Source: a phage. From it: a DNA stretch of 64,000 bases. Positions 38,242-47,506 of this stretch are shown piece by piece. The notes under the pieces are model-generated. The model had not been told where the DNA came from, made no database searches, and was given only the letters and a program-made list of their open reading frames with translations. Position numbers and translations under genes: made by a program. Positions within the stretch are counted from its first letter, which is position 1. Every line of letters begins with the position of its first letter. The DNA lies in the sequence record PX418922.1. One strand, 5' to 3'.

Positions 38242-39728
38242 TGGACGAATATGGTTTGACAGATGCGGGATTTGTAATCCCGACTTTTGACGATGTTTTA
38301 AACAACTACATGACAGCAGTAAAAAACACATTTGGTGCAGATGCAGCCACTTCGGAAGATACTGTGATCGGGCAACTGTTTAGAATAATTGCATACACAG
38401 ATTACACATTGTGGGAAGGTATGCAAGGTGTTTATAATACTCAAACACTGGATGGTGCAGAAGGTATTTATCTTGACGAAATCTTTTCTAAACGCGGTTT
38501 CTATCGAGCAGGGGCAGCAGCAAGTACAGGTTATGCATATGTTAAGAGTAATAACAAAGCAGCTTGGACTTATGAGTTAGGCACGGATATTTACTTCAAC
38601 TCTGACAGTGATATGAACTACTATGTTAGCACACCAACTATGTTGAATGCTAAGATTGCAGCTTATCAAATATCTCGTGCTAATGCAACTGCTACAGGTG
38701 TTCCAAATATTACTTTTTATGCACAAAGTGCGGTGGATGGAGGACTAAACAGTAAAACACTTGCACCTGGTTCTTCTACATTTATAACCGATCTTGAAAC
38801 TTTTATCAAGGCAAATTTAACAGAAGCTGATCGTAGTCTCGTATTTTCTGATTCGGGTAACTTATCAGTTGGTTTTACTTCTTTAACCAGTGATACTCCA
38901 GTGGGACTGGTAACTCCTATTAAATTTTATGCTAGTGTTCCGGTTGGAACCAAGTGGAGTGAGATTCCGGTAGTTGCAGCAGAGAAAGGATACAACCCTG
39001 TTGGCGTAGAGTCTATTACAGGGATATCTTCTACCTTTACAGGTTATCTTGACAGTGGTAACTTCTATTCATTTTCTCCTGGTCGGGATGTTGAGACAGA
39101 CGCAGAATTCCGCTCTCGTTTCAATGACAACGTTGATGAAGCTAACGCAGGGACACGAGCAGCTATTGTGAAAGCTCTGCTACTCACAGATGGTGTTACT
39201 AAGGTGAAGATTTATGATAACCCTACATTACATGATCAAGAACATGCTCCAGCTATGACTTTCCAGACTATAGTTTATGGTGGCAGTGCAGAAGAAATTG
39301 CAAATGTTATCTATAAAACCAAACCAATCAACACTTTGACACACGGAACAACTAACATAACAGTTACAACAGAAGACGGAGGACAAGAAATTATTCGCTT
39401 CTCTCCTGGTGCTTCTGCTATGTATTCCGTAAAACTTGTTTATCAAACTGTCAACGGAACAACTTTAAGTGGAACAGAAAAACAAAACATCGTAGAAGCT
39501 CTACAAAACCTGCAAGCTTACTTTGAGTTAGGTTCTTCAGTAACGAACGATCAAATCAAAGGTGTTATTTATGCAGCACTTGCTTTTGGACGCTTGACTT
39601 CTCTTCGTGTTTATGTTAAACTTAATACTGAGGATGACAGTAAATATACAGAGAATAATATAGTTCCTACTTATAATGTTGTCCCTTCTTTTGACCTTGA
39701 TAACATTTCTTACGAGTATGGAGTGTAA
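38241..39728 (+). CDS. baseplate J-like protein
   Basis: 495 aa; N-terminal region typical of Baseplate_J family as remembered; position before gpI-like and fibre genes. Confidence 0.6.
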   Translation: MDEYGLTDAGFVIPTFDDVLNNYMTAVKNTFGADAATSEDTVIGQLFRIIAYTDYTLWEGMQGVYNTQTLDGAEGIYLDEIFSKRGFYRAGAAASTGYAYVKSNNKAAWTYELGTDIYFNSDSDMNYYVSTPTMLNAKIAAYQISRANATATGVPNITFYAQSAVDGGLNSKTLAPGSSTFITDLETFIKANLTEADRSLVFSDSGNLSVGFTSLTSDTPVGLVTPIKFYASVPVGTKWSEIPVVAAEKGYNPVGVESITGISSTFTGYLDSGNFYSFSPGRDVETDAEFRSRFNDNVDEANAGTRAAIVKALLLTDGVTKVKIYDNPTLHDQEHAPAMTFQTIVYGGSAEEIANVIYKTKPINTLTHGTTNITVTTEDGGQEIIRFSPGASAMYSVKLVYQTVNGTTLSGTEKQNIVEALQNLQAYFELGSSVTNDQIKGVIYAALAFGRLTSLRVYVKLNTEDDSKYTENNIVPTYNVVPSFDLDNISYEYGV

Positions 39729-39730
39729 AA

Positions 39731-40360
39731 ATGGCAGTGAGTGTTGACCATGTAACAACTTGGGCCAGTATCAATGAAGATGTTAAAAACCTTCTGATTG
39801 AAGATTTTAAATCTTCTCCTAACATTGTCAAGCTCCTCTACATCGTATCCAGTGAAAAGCAAAAGATAGATCAGGCAATGATCTATCTTGCTAAACACCG
39901 CTTGATCTCCACAGCCACAGGCAAATACCTAGATATCTTAGGAGAAGAAATGGGGATCGAACGTAATGGCTCTGATGATGAAGAGTATAGAACAATATTA
40001 AAAATCAGGGCTTACCGCGTAGCCTCATCGGGGACTCGTGGTGACATAATTGATATCTTCGCCCGTTTCACAGGAACAGAGCGTGAAACGCTTAATACTT
40101 ACGTAGGTTTGAATAAAACCTTTGATGTGTTTTTCTACAACCTGTGTCTTCAATCTGATCAAGCTTTAGAGCAGTTGCTAAGTGTTTTCCCTATTATTAG
40201 TAGCTACCGTCTTGGAGCAAAAGCAGGATCAGCTTTTGGTTTTAGTTCTTATTATGCTACCAAACCGCCTCATGGTATTGGTGGTTTAGGTTCCCTGTAC
40301 ATGGAATCTACTGGGGATGAAACAGGACGCATGTGTACGCTTCTCAAGCAAATAGATTAA
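39731..40360 (+). CDS. baseplate protein (P2 gpI-like, putative)
   Basis: Position after J-like gene. Confidence 0.45.
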   Translation: MAVSVDHVTTWASINEDVKNLLIEDFKSSPNIVKLLYIVSSEKQKIDQAMIYLAKHRLISTATGKYLDILGEEMGIERNGSDDEEYRTILKIRAYRVASSGTRGDIIDIFARFTGTERETLNTYVGLNKTFDVFFYNLCLQSDQALEQLLSVFPIISSYRLGAKAGSAFGFSSYYATKPPHGIGGLGSLYMESTGDETGRMCTLLKQID

Positions 40361-40369
40361 GGAGTTTAA

Positions 40370-41431
40370 ATGGCGAAGCCAATATATTATCCTGACTGGG
40401 CTACACAAACTGTAACGCTCCCAGGAACTTTAAACACAAACAAAATTAGACCTAAAGAAACCATCCGCACAGTTGGTATGGATTATGGTCAAATCATGAC
40501 TTGCGAAGAAATGAACTGGATTCTTAATAATATCGGTTTATGGATTCGCTATTTGGTGGATGACTTTCTTCCAACTTTACCTGATACTTACTTGCCTTTA
40601 GTTGGGACTAAGATTACAATGGCAGGTGATGCTACTGGTGAGGTTACTTGGAATGGTAATAAAGAAGTTACTTTATCTATCCAAGTTCAAGATAACAGCC
40701 ATAATCACTTGTCGGCAAACATTACAGATGCCACTAGTTCAACAGTAACACCAAACGTGTTGGTAAAACGTGATGCGGGTGGTGCTATTTATGGTGGTGA
40801 TGTTTATGTTAACGGTACTTCCACAACAGATCCTGCAACACTGTTTTTCAAAAACTTTGCAGGACAAACTAATGGTGAGATTTCTGCCGAATACCAAAGT
40901 GGAGGTCAGCTTTATATTTATCGTAGAAATCCTAGCACAGGTAATGTATCGGCAGGTGTTCGTTTATATGATGCAGGTTATGTTCTAATAGACAGTCCAA
41001 GATCAAACAGTGGACAAGATACTTCTAACGGAAATGCTTTAGTTCGCTTAGATTATCTGAATTCTCGTTTGACTTCTCTTCAGAACACATTGCAGACGAA
41101 TATTAACACTGTTCAAAACAACCTGAATAGTGTTAACAGCAACCTCTCTTCCCGTATAAACAATGTAGAAAGTAATCATCAAAGTCAGATTACAAACAAC
41201 TACAATTATGCTAACGGAACCTTTGTAAGAGATATTCGTTACACTAGCCAAGGTGTGTATTATCCACCAGGGAACGAAGTTTCTTGGACTTATATCTGTT
41301 CTTCTGGTTATGTTCTTTCTGGTATTATTGTCCAGGAAACAGGGCGTAGTTCTGCGGATAACATCGGTGGGGTTTATTTCAAACGCCTCCAGCGCAACGT
41401 TAACGGAAACTGGTACGATATCGGAGGCTAA
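40370..41431 (+). CDS. tail fibre protein
   Basis: Asn/Ser/Thr/Gly-rich; coiled/repeat segment LNSRLTSLQNTLQTNINTVQNNLNSVNSNLSSRINNV. Confidence 0.5.
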   Translation: MAKPIYYPDWATQTVTLPGTLNTNKIRPKETIRTVGMDYGQIMTCEEMNWILNNIGLWIRYLVDDFLPTLPDTYLPLVGTKITMAGDATGEVTWNGNKEVTLSIQVQDNSHNHLSANITDATSSTVTPNVLVKRDAGGAIYGGDVYVNGTSTTDPATLFFKNFAGQTNGEISAEYQSGGQLYIYRRNPSTGNVSAGVRLYDAGYVLIDSPRSNSGQDTSNGNALVRLDYLNSRLTSLQNTLQTNINTVQNNLNSVNSNLSSRINNVESNHQSQITNNYNYANGTFVRDIRYTSQGVYYPPGNEVSWTYICSSGYVLSGIIVQETGRSSADNIGGVYFKRLQRNVNGNWYDIGG

Positions 41432-41977
41432 ATGATATTTACAAATTTTAAAAGATATATTCCCGAAGATCCCGAACTAAAAGAATTGGTAGAAGTAGAG
41501 AACATTCTTTTTCTTCGTTGCGATCAAGGTTACGATTGGTATGATTTACGTAGCACAGAATTCAATAACGATAAAATGAAAGTCGTTTTTGACGATCAAA
41601 ATCGTATTGTGTTTTGGAACACTGATCCTACATTACTTTGCCCTGAAGATCTTTCTATAGCACAAGTGGACTTTAATATAGACACTTTTGAGGATATTAG
41701 AAACAAGGTTCTGGATTTAGAAACTTTGACTCTTAAGGATAAAGAGTATTCCCGTGAAGAGTTGATGACACAAGCTAGTGCAAAAATTCGCTCTTTACAA
41801 GAAACAGCGGTAGCACTTATAACACCTTTACAGTATGCTAAAGATTTAGAAATGGCTACTGAAGATGAATTAGCTTATCTTAAAAATCTTCAAGTTTATG
41901 TGGTTAAACTAAACCGTGTTCCGCTTCAAAAAGACTATCCTTACACTATAGATTGGCCTACATTACCAACGGAATAA
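41432..41977 (+). CDS. putative tail fibre assembly protein
   Basis: Position after fibre gene; ATGA-type coupling. Confidence 0.4.
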   Translation: MIFTNFKRYIPEDPELKELVEVENILFLRCDQGYDWYDLRSTEFNNDKMKVVFDDQNRIVFWNTDPTLLCPEDLSIAQVDFNIDTFEDIRNKVLDLETLTLKDKEYSREELMTQASAKIRSLQETAVALITPLQYAKDLEMATEDELAYLKNLQVYVVKLNRVPLQKDYPYTIDWPTLPTE

Positions 41978-41986
41978 GGGATCATT

Positions 41987-42322
41987 ATGGAATTTCAAGA
42001 AGCATGGGGACTTGCAAAGGATGCAATAATCCCTTTAATCGGAGTCATCTGGTTCTTTTTCAAACAAAAAATGGATAAATTCGGCTCTGATCTTGAGGAA
42101 ATGGAGGAGAAAAGTCGAGAGCTAGAGAAGAAGTTGGTCTTTGTTGAATCAACTTATGCAACTAAAGCCGAACTTACCCAGATGCTAAATCAAATTAACT
42201 CTACATTAATGGCAAATAATAACACTCTTGAGCAAAAAATTGAAAAGATTATGGACCTCAAGAATGCGACTATCCAAATGATGCTAGATGACATAGTTAA
42301 ACGTACACAGAATAAGGGGTAA
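41987..42322 (+). CDS. small membrane/coiled-coil protein
   Basis: N-terminal hydrophobic helix IIPLIGVIWFFF then coiled coil. Confidence 0.4.
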   Translation: MEFQEAWGLAKDAIIPLIGVIWFFFKQKMDKFGSDLEEMEEKSRELEKKLVFVESTYATKAELTQMLNQINSTLMANNNTLEQKIEKIMDLKNATIQMMLDDIVKRTQNKG

Positions 42323-42325
42323 TTA

Positions 42326-45300
42326 ATGGCAACATTCCCAACGTATCCAGCAACGTCTCTTGAACAGGGCGTAGATCTGGTTATTTTCTCGTCCAATCAA
42401 CTTCATGATGTTATTAATGGAAGTGCGACAGAAAGTATTGAGACAGAATCAGGGTTGATACCAACCCTGAGAAAAGCCCTTGTTGATAACTTTTTCTTTA
42501 AAAGCCCATTGGATTGGGCGCAAGGCACAAATGAAACGGTTTTTAACCAACTACGTTATTTTCAGAATGGGGTATTGAGCGGTTATTATTATGCTCCTAA
42601 TGCTACATTGGTAAACCCAATCCCTATGCAAGGTACTCCAGTAGGAGATAACAACTGGGTATTGTGGGGATTGAAGACAGAACAATTGGCAACAGAAGTC
42701 ACACCTTGGGTATATTCTGGTGCAACTGGTTATGAAACAGTAATCAGTCCTCCTTACATCTTTGATAGTGCTATTGTTACGATCAATGGTGTTATTCAGG
42801 TTCTGGGGGAAGCTTTCCGTATAGAAGATAGTAAGATCATCTTATCTGAACCTTTGGGACACGATCCTGCAACAGGACTGCCAAACAAGCTTTTCGCTTA
42901 TATTGGTAAAATCGTAGCTTCAGCAGATACAGATCCTAATCTAGAGAACCGTCTTGTTAGTTTAGAAACAAAAACGGAAGAACTAACAGAAAGCATAGAT
43001 AAAGTCCCTCTGCAAACTATTGCTCGTAAATATGGTTTGTTAGATGATGAGGTGGCTTACGCAACAGCAGGTCAATCGTTAACAGGGATTAAAGCTCTGT
43101 ATGATCCGGTAGCACAGTCTTCCTACACATTACCTCCTAACATCACAGGAACTTTAACATCTTTGTCTGTTTCTGGAGTAATGACTTATTCTGGAGGGTC
43201 TGTAGATCTTTCTGCACTAGCTGTTGAACGTGGACAGTTTGTCCATTTGCCTACAAGCTTTGGTAATAATGTAACTCTGACAGCTAAAAATCAGACGATT
43301 GGACGTGGTGCTGGTCGTTATCGTTGGGCTGGAAGTTTACCAAAAAGTATTTTGGCCTCTGACACATTAGAGACAAGCGGTGGATTAGGTCCAAACGCAT
43401 GGGTTCTAACTAATACGGAAGGACTGTTAACCCCTCGTGGTGGAACATACAACGATTTATTCGATGTTGTCTACTTGTCAGAATTTGCTAACAATACAAC
43501 TACCTATACCACACCAGAAGCAGCTTTCCAGGCGGCACTGTTAGCAGCAAAAGCTTCGAAAAGTAAGATTCTCGATGCTTACGGTTGCGATATGACTTTC
43601 ACGACAAGCTCTTTTGATATTCAAGGTATCACTTTGCGTGGTGGTGTGTTCCGTGGTCAACGCGACTATCGTGTGCAGAATGCTACAGTAGAAGGCACAA
43701 CTTTCCGTAACTCTCGTGTTATGTATTGGGGTGGTGCTGTGCGCATGTTCGATTGTTTGTGGGACGGTGCTCCTCGCGCAGGTCAAGTTGGTAGCTTGGT
43801 ATTCCAAGGCAACCCAATATCAGGTACTTTTGAAATTGATAATTGTACTTTTAAAAACGGGTTATATGGCATCCTTCAACAAGGGACAGGAGAACCAGTA
43901 ACACGCGGTGTCTTCCGTAACCTTACCTTCATGGACATGCAAGGTGATGCGATAGAACTGAACGTCATCAATAAACATTATGATGATGGTTGTGTGATTG
44001 AGAATATTTACCTGTCTAATATCGATGGGACTAACGCTCCTATTCCTCTGTCCAACTGGGGTATCGGTATCGGTGTAGCTGGTAAAGGACCATATGGTTA
44101 CGGAATCCCTGATGATCAATATTGCAAGAATATTACAATTCGTAACGTTTTTGCAAAACGTTGCCGTCAGATTGTCCACGTAGAAGTTGGTCGTAATATT
44201 TCTATCGAAAACATTCATGGCGATCCAGATCAAACCGTATCTGTTGGGACAGGTTTGGCAACTGGCGCAGTTGTAATGTATGGAAGTAAAGATTTTACGA
44301 TTGACGGTGTTTATGGAGAGCCTAAAACAGACGGTAGCACACTTGCAAGTAATATCCGTATGATTTATTTGGAGTGGGGAACTAACGCAGTTCTGGACGA
44401 AGAGGGTAATCCGGTAGTTCCGGCACAGGGTAGACCTTCAAACCCATGCTTTAACTATTCTGTTCGTAATATTCACACCAAAACTGGGCGTGTTTTTGCA
44501 GGAGTTTCCGCTGGGCCAGGTTATGAAAACAGAGTTAGCTTTGAAAATATTCGTTGCGCTGCATTGCAGTTGTTCGGTATAGCTTCTTGGCTTTCAATGT
44601 CTAACATCACCTGTAATATCTTCGATTGTGTTGGTCAACCTGAATCTGGTCCAGGGACATTTTATGATGGATTCTTCCGTAGAGAAAAATCTGTTCTTGA
44701 AATGGTTAACGTGAACTGTTACCCAGATGGCAAGACGATGGTTACTGGTCGTCCACAGTGGAGCCGTTGCCGTTACTCGGATATTCATCGTGTCAACTGT
44801 AATGTTGAAGCTAATATGTATACCAATATCGCAGGTGGTATTGGAGCTATTGTAGGGACAACGGGCAAAGTTTATTACTTAGAGCCTAATCCTAGTCGAA
44901 ACATTGATGGAATGCATTTCCCAACAGGGAAAGAGTTTGACAAAGGTGATATGATAGTCAAGGCGGATAATACGTTCTTCCTTGTAACAACAAGTGGGGC
45001 ATATATTCCAGATATCCCAGCTTTCGGTATTCGAGCTACACAGGCAGGAGATACCTTCCTGACACAGAACTTGACTCCTAACGGGACAGCAACAAATGCT
45101 TCTTGGTTGTATCATTACCCTCTGTCAGCAGGGACACGTATCCGTATTCCTGGTGCTGGCGTAGGTGGAGCAGATTTGGACACAGTTATTACTCGTGCAC
45201 CTTATCAAGATAATGATACGTGGACTAACCCAGTTAAAATAGACATTGCAGATCCAATTGTAACGCCTACAAGTGCTGGAGTTAGAATTAAAACCATACC

Positions 45301-45379
45301 TAATGATTCCAGTAATGTTTCTGTAGGTAATACTGCGGTTATTCGCCCAACGCCAGTAGTAGATGTGCCAACAACCTAA
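42326..45379 (+). CDS. tail spike protein (beta-helix-like, 1017 aa)
   Basis: ETSGGLGPNAWVL anchor-like motif; long Gly/Asn/Thr/Val-rich repeats. Confidence 0.55.
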   Translation: MATFPTYPATSLEQGVDLVIFSSNQLHDVINGSATESIETESGLIPTLRKALVDNFFFKSPLDWAQGTNETVFNQLRYFQNGVLSGYYYAPNATLVNPIPMQGTPVGDNNWVLWGLKTEQLATEVTPWVYSGATGYETVISPPYIFDSAIVTINGVIQVLGEAFRIEDSKIILSEPLGHDPATGLPNKLFAYIGKIVASADTDPNLENRLVSLETKTEELTESIDKVPLQTIARKYGLLDDEVAYATAGQSLTGIKALYDPVAQSSYTLPPNITGTLTSLSVSGVMTYSGGSVDLSALAVERGQFVHLPTSFGNNVTLTAKNQTIGRGAGRYRWAGSLPKSILASDTLETSGGLGPNAWVLTNTEGLLTPRGGTYNDLFDVVYLSEFANNTTTYTTPEAAFQAALLAAKASKSKILDAYGCDMTFTTSSFDIQGITLRGGVFRGQRDYRVQNATVEGTTFRNSRVMYWGGAVRMFDCLWDGAPRAGQVGSLVFQGNPISGTFEIDNCTFKNGLYGILQQGTGEPVTRGVFRNLTFMDMQGDAIELNVINKHYDDGCVIENIYLSNIDGTNAPIPLSNWGIGIGVAGKGPYGYGIPDDQYCKNITIRNVFAKRCRQIVHVEVGRNISIENIHGDPDQTVSVGTGLATGAVVMYGSKDFTIDGVYGEPKTDGSTLASNIRMIYLEWGTNAVLDEEGNPVVPAQGRPSNPCFNYSVRNIHTKTGRVFAGVSAGPGYENRVSFENIRCAALQLFGIASWLSMSNITCNIFDCVGQPESGPGTFYDGFFRREKSVLEMVNVNCYPDGKTMVTGRPQWSRCRYSDIHRVNCNVEANMYTNIAGGIGAIVGTTGKVYYLEPNPSRNIDGMHFPTGKEFDKGDMIVKADNTFFLVTTSGAYIPDIPAFGIRATQAGDTFLTQNLTPNGTATNASWLYHYPLSAGTRIRIPGAGVGGADLDTVITRAPYQDNDTWTNPVKIDIADPIVTPTSAGVRIKTIPNDSSNVSVGNTAVIRPTPVVDVPTT

Positions 45380-45385
45380 TGGAAT

Positions 45386-45408
45386 AGAGGGGGATTCCCC
45401 CTCTTCTT
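45386..45408 (+). terminator. stem-loop terminator candidate
   Basis: AGAGGGGG-ATT-CCCCCTCT hairpin followed by TCTTCC. Confidence 0.45.
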
Positions 45409-45440
45409 CCAATAGAATGGTCTAATGATAGGAGAGATAA

Positions 45441-47465
45441 ATGAATTTAACAAGACCTAATAGTGCGATAGCCGATCTGGTAGAAGCTACTTATCGAAAA
45501 CGTCGCAGCTTTGAGGCAGGTTTTACATTACGTAATTCCCGTGAAGTTTTGCTGTTAGCAGCAGAAGGGAATTATTACCAATGGAAAGGAACTTTTCCTA
45601 AAGTAGTTCCAGCAAACTCTACGCCAGCCACCACAGGTGGTATTTCTTCCCTTGCATGGCAAAGTGTTGGGACCGCTGATGATATAGCAATTATCAATGC
45701 CAAGTTTACGGCAATGCAGCAACAGATTGATGATCTGTCGGAAACAATACCTGAAGCTGGTAAATCGGCTTATCAGATCGCACTTGATAATGGTTTTGTT
45801 GGAACAGAAGCACAATGGCTTGCTTCTTTGAAAGGGGATACTGGTGCTCAACTTAATATTAAAGGATCATTAGCAAGCACTAGTGAACTACCATCCACAG
45901 GTAACGTTGCAGGGGATGGTTATATCGTAGGTGATGTAATCTACGCTTGGGATGGTTCTGTTTGGAAACTTATTTCTTCTCTTGGACCAGAAGGTAAATC
46001 AGCTTACGAGATATGGTTGGCAGATGGTAATACAGGATCTGTTTATGATTTTCTTACCTCTATAAAAGGTGATAAAGGCGATGTTGGTCCTACAGGGCCA
46101 CAGGGAGCACCTGGTGTTAACGCCAACGGTTTTGATTATCGTGGGGATTTGCCTTCTACAAGTAACTTACCACAACCTAACTCTGAAAACGTAAGCCAAG
46201 CTTATTCTATCAATGGTAATCTTTATGTCTCTAATGGGACAGCTTGGGTCAACATGGGTAATATTGTTGGTCCTCAAGGTCCACAAGGTGAGGCAGGTAA
46301 AGACGGTCTAGATGGAACAGATGGAGATGAAGGGAAATCTGCATATCAAAGTTGGCTGGATGCTGGTAACGAAGGGACAGAAGTAGATTTTATTGCCTCA
46401 CTTAAAGGTCCAAAAGGAGACAAGGGTGATCAAGGAGAGCGAGGTCCACAAGGTGAACTAGGTCCGCAAGGACCAGTGGGTGCAACAGGATCAGGTTTAG
46501 AGATTATCGGGGTTCTGAACAGCGAAGCTGAACTTCCTCCTACTGGAGAAGTAGGTGATGCATATAAAATTAATAATGATTTGTATGTTTGGGTTCAAGA
46601 TGCTACGGAATGGATGAATGTTGGCAGTCTTGGAGGAACATCAATTACAGCTAAAGGGCATGTTCCGAACAGTGAAGCTCTCCCTGTTTACAATAACTAT
46701 GGCGATGCCTACTTAACTGAAGACACCAGTAATCTTTACATCTATACCTACGATCAAGACACCAATTCCGCATCTTTTGTTGACATGGGAAGTATTAAAG
46801 GCGACAAAGGTGAAAAAGGGGATAAAGGAGATAAGGGTGATCCTGGAACAAACGGAACCAACGGTACTAATGGGACCAACGGTAAGGACGGCGCACAGTG
46901 GTTTGTAGCAACAACTAATCCAGTCGCAGGTGATGGTGTTATCAATGATTACGCTTTCAATACTACCACTGGAGCAGTGTTTAAGAAAACAGATTCTTCT
47001 ACATGGACACTTATAGGAACTCTTCCTAGTATACCAGAAGCACCTCAAGACGGCTTGACGTATGGTCGTTCTGATGGGAACTGGATCGAAATATCAGGAT
47101 CAGATCCTACAGAAGCTATAACACCAACTAAAGTTACAGCAGGTTTCATGGAACTTGAAACAACTACTGCCAACTCTGGAGCATCTTGGACTCCTTCTGG
47201 AACTTCCAATATGTATGTTGTTACAGTAACTGACGCTCTGACAGTTGGAGCATGGCCTGGTGTCACTGGCTCTACAAAACCTAAAGCGTTTTCAGCAATG
47301 ATTTATTTGATTCAAGATACAACGGGACACACGGTTACACTAGATGCGTCTTATGGAGCACTAAATGATACAGAAATAGCAACTACTGCTAACGCAGTAA
47401 CAATTTTGCAATTAACGTATCCTGGTGTGGGTAATATCGTGGACATGGTTGTTGTAACACGATAA
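45441..47465 (+). CDS. tail fibre protein with collagen-like Gly-X-Y repeats
   Basis: GPQGPQGEAGKDG, KGPKGDKGDQGERGPQGELGPQGPVG and KGDKGEKGDKGDKGDPGTNGTNGTNGTNGKDG blocks; N-terminal anchor motif YQWKGTFPKVVPANSTPATTGG; three GKSAY...W(L)..GN internal repeats. Confidence 0.65.
   Translation: MNLTRPNSAIADLVEATYRKRRSFEAGFTLRNSREVLLLAAEGNYYQWKGTFPKVVPANSTPATTGGISSLAWQSVGTADDIAIINAKFTAMQQQIDDLSETIPEAGKSAYQIALDNGFVGTEAQWLASLKGDTGAQLNIKGSLASTSELPSTGNVAGDGYIVGDVIYAWDGSVWKLISSLGPEGKSAYEIWLADGNTGSVYDFLTSIKGDKGDVGPTGPQGAPGVNANGFDYRGDLPSTSNLPQPNSENVSQAYSINGNLYVSNGTAWVNMGNIVGPQGPQGEAGKDGLDGTDGDEGKSAYQSWLDAGNEGTEVDFIASLKGPKGDKGDQGERGPQGELGPQGPVGATGSGLEIIGVLNSEAELPPTGEVGDAYKINNDLYVWVQDATEWMNVGSLGGTSITAKGHVPNSEALPVYNNYGDAYLTEDTSNLYIYTYDQDTNSASFVDMGSIKGDKGEKGDKGDKGDPGTNGTNGTNGTNGKDGAQWFVATTNPVAGDGVINDYAFNTTTGAVFKKTDSSTWTLIGTLPSIPEAPQDGLTYGRSDGNWIEISGSDPTEAITPTKVTAGFMELETTTANSGASWTPSGTSNMYVVTVTDALTVGAWPGVTGSTKPKAFSAMIYLIQDTTGHTVTLDASYGALNDTEIATTANAVTILQLTYPGVGNIVDMVVVTR
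46800..46892 (+). repeat. Gly-X-Y codon tandem repeat inside tail fibre gene
   Basis: Direct reading: ggc gac aaa ggt gaa aaa ggg gat aaa gga gat aag ggt gat cct gga aca aac gga acc aac ggt act aat ggg acc aac ggt aag gac ggc. Confidence 0.7.
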
Positions 47466-47468
47466 CAG

Positions 47469-47493
47469 AAGCCCCGAAAGGGGCTTTCTTTTT
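47469..47493 (+). terminator. rho-independent terminator
   Basis: AAGCCCC-GAAA-GGGGCTT hairpin plus TTCTTTTT. Confidence 0.65.
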
Positions 47494-47506
47494 ATGGAGG
47501 GTTTAA

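Noticed and set aside
46754-46945. 63-aa minus-strand Pro/Leu-rich ORF
   Set aside because: Antisense reading of the Gly-X-Y collagen-like codon repeats
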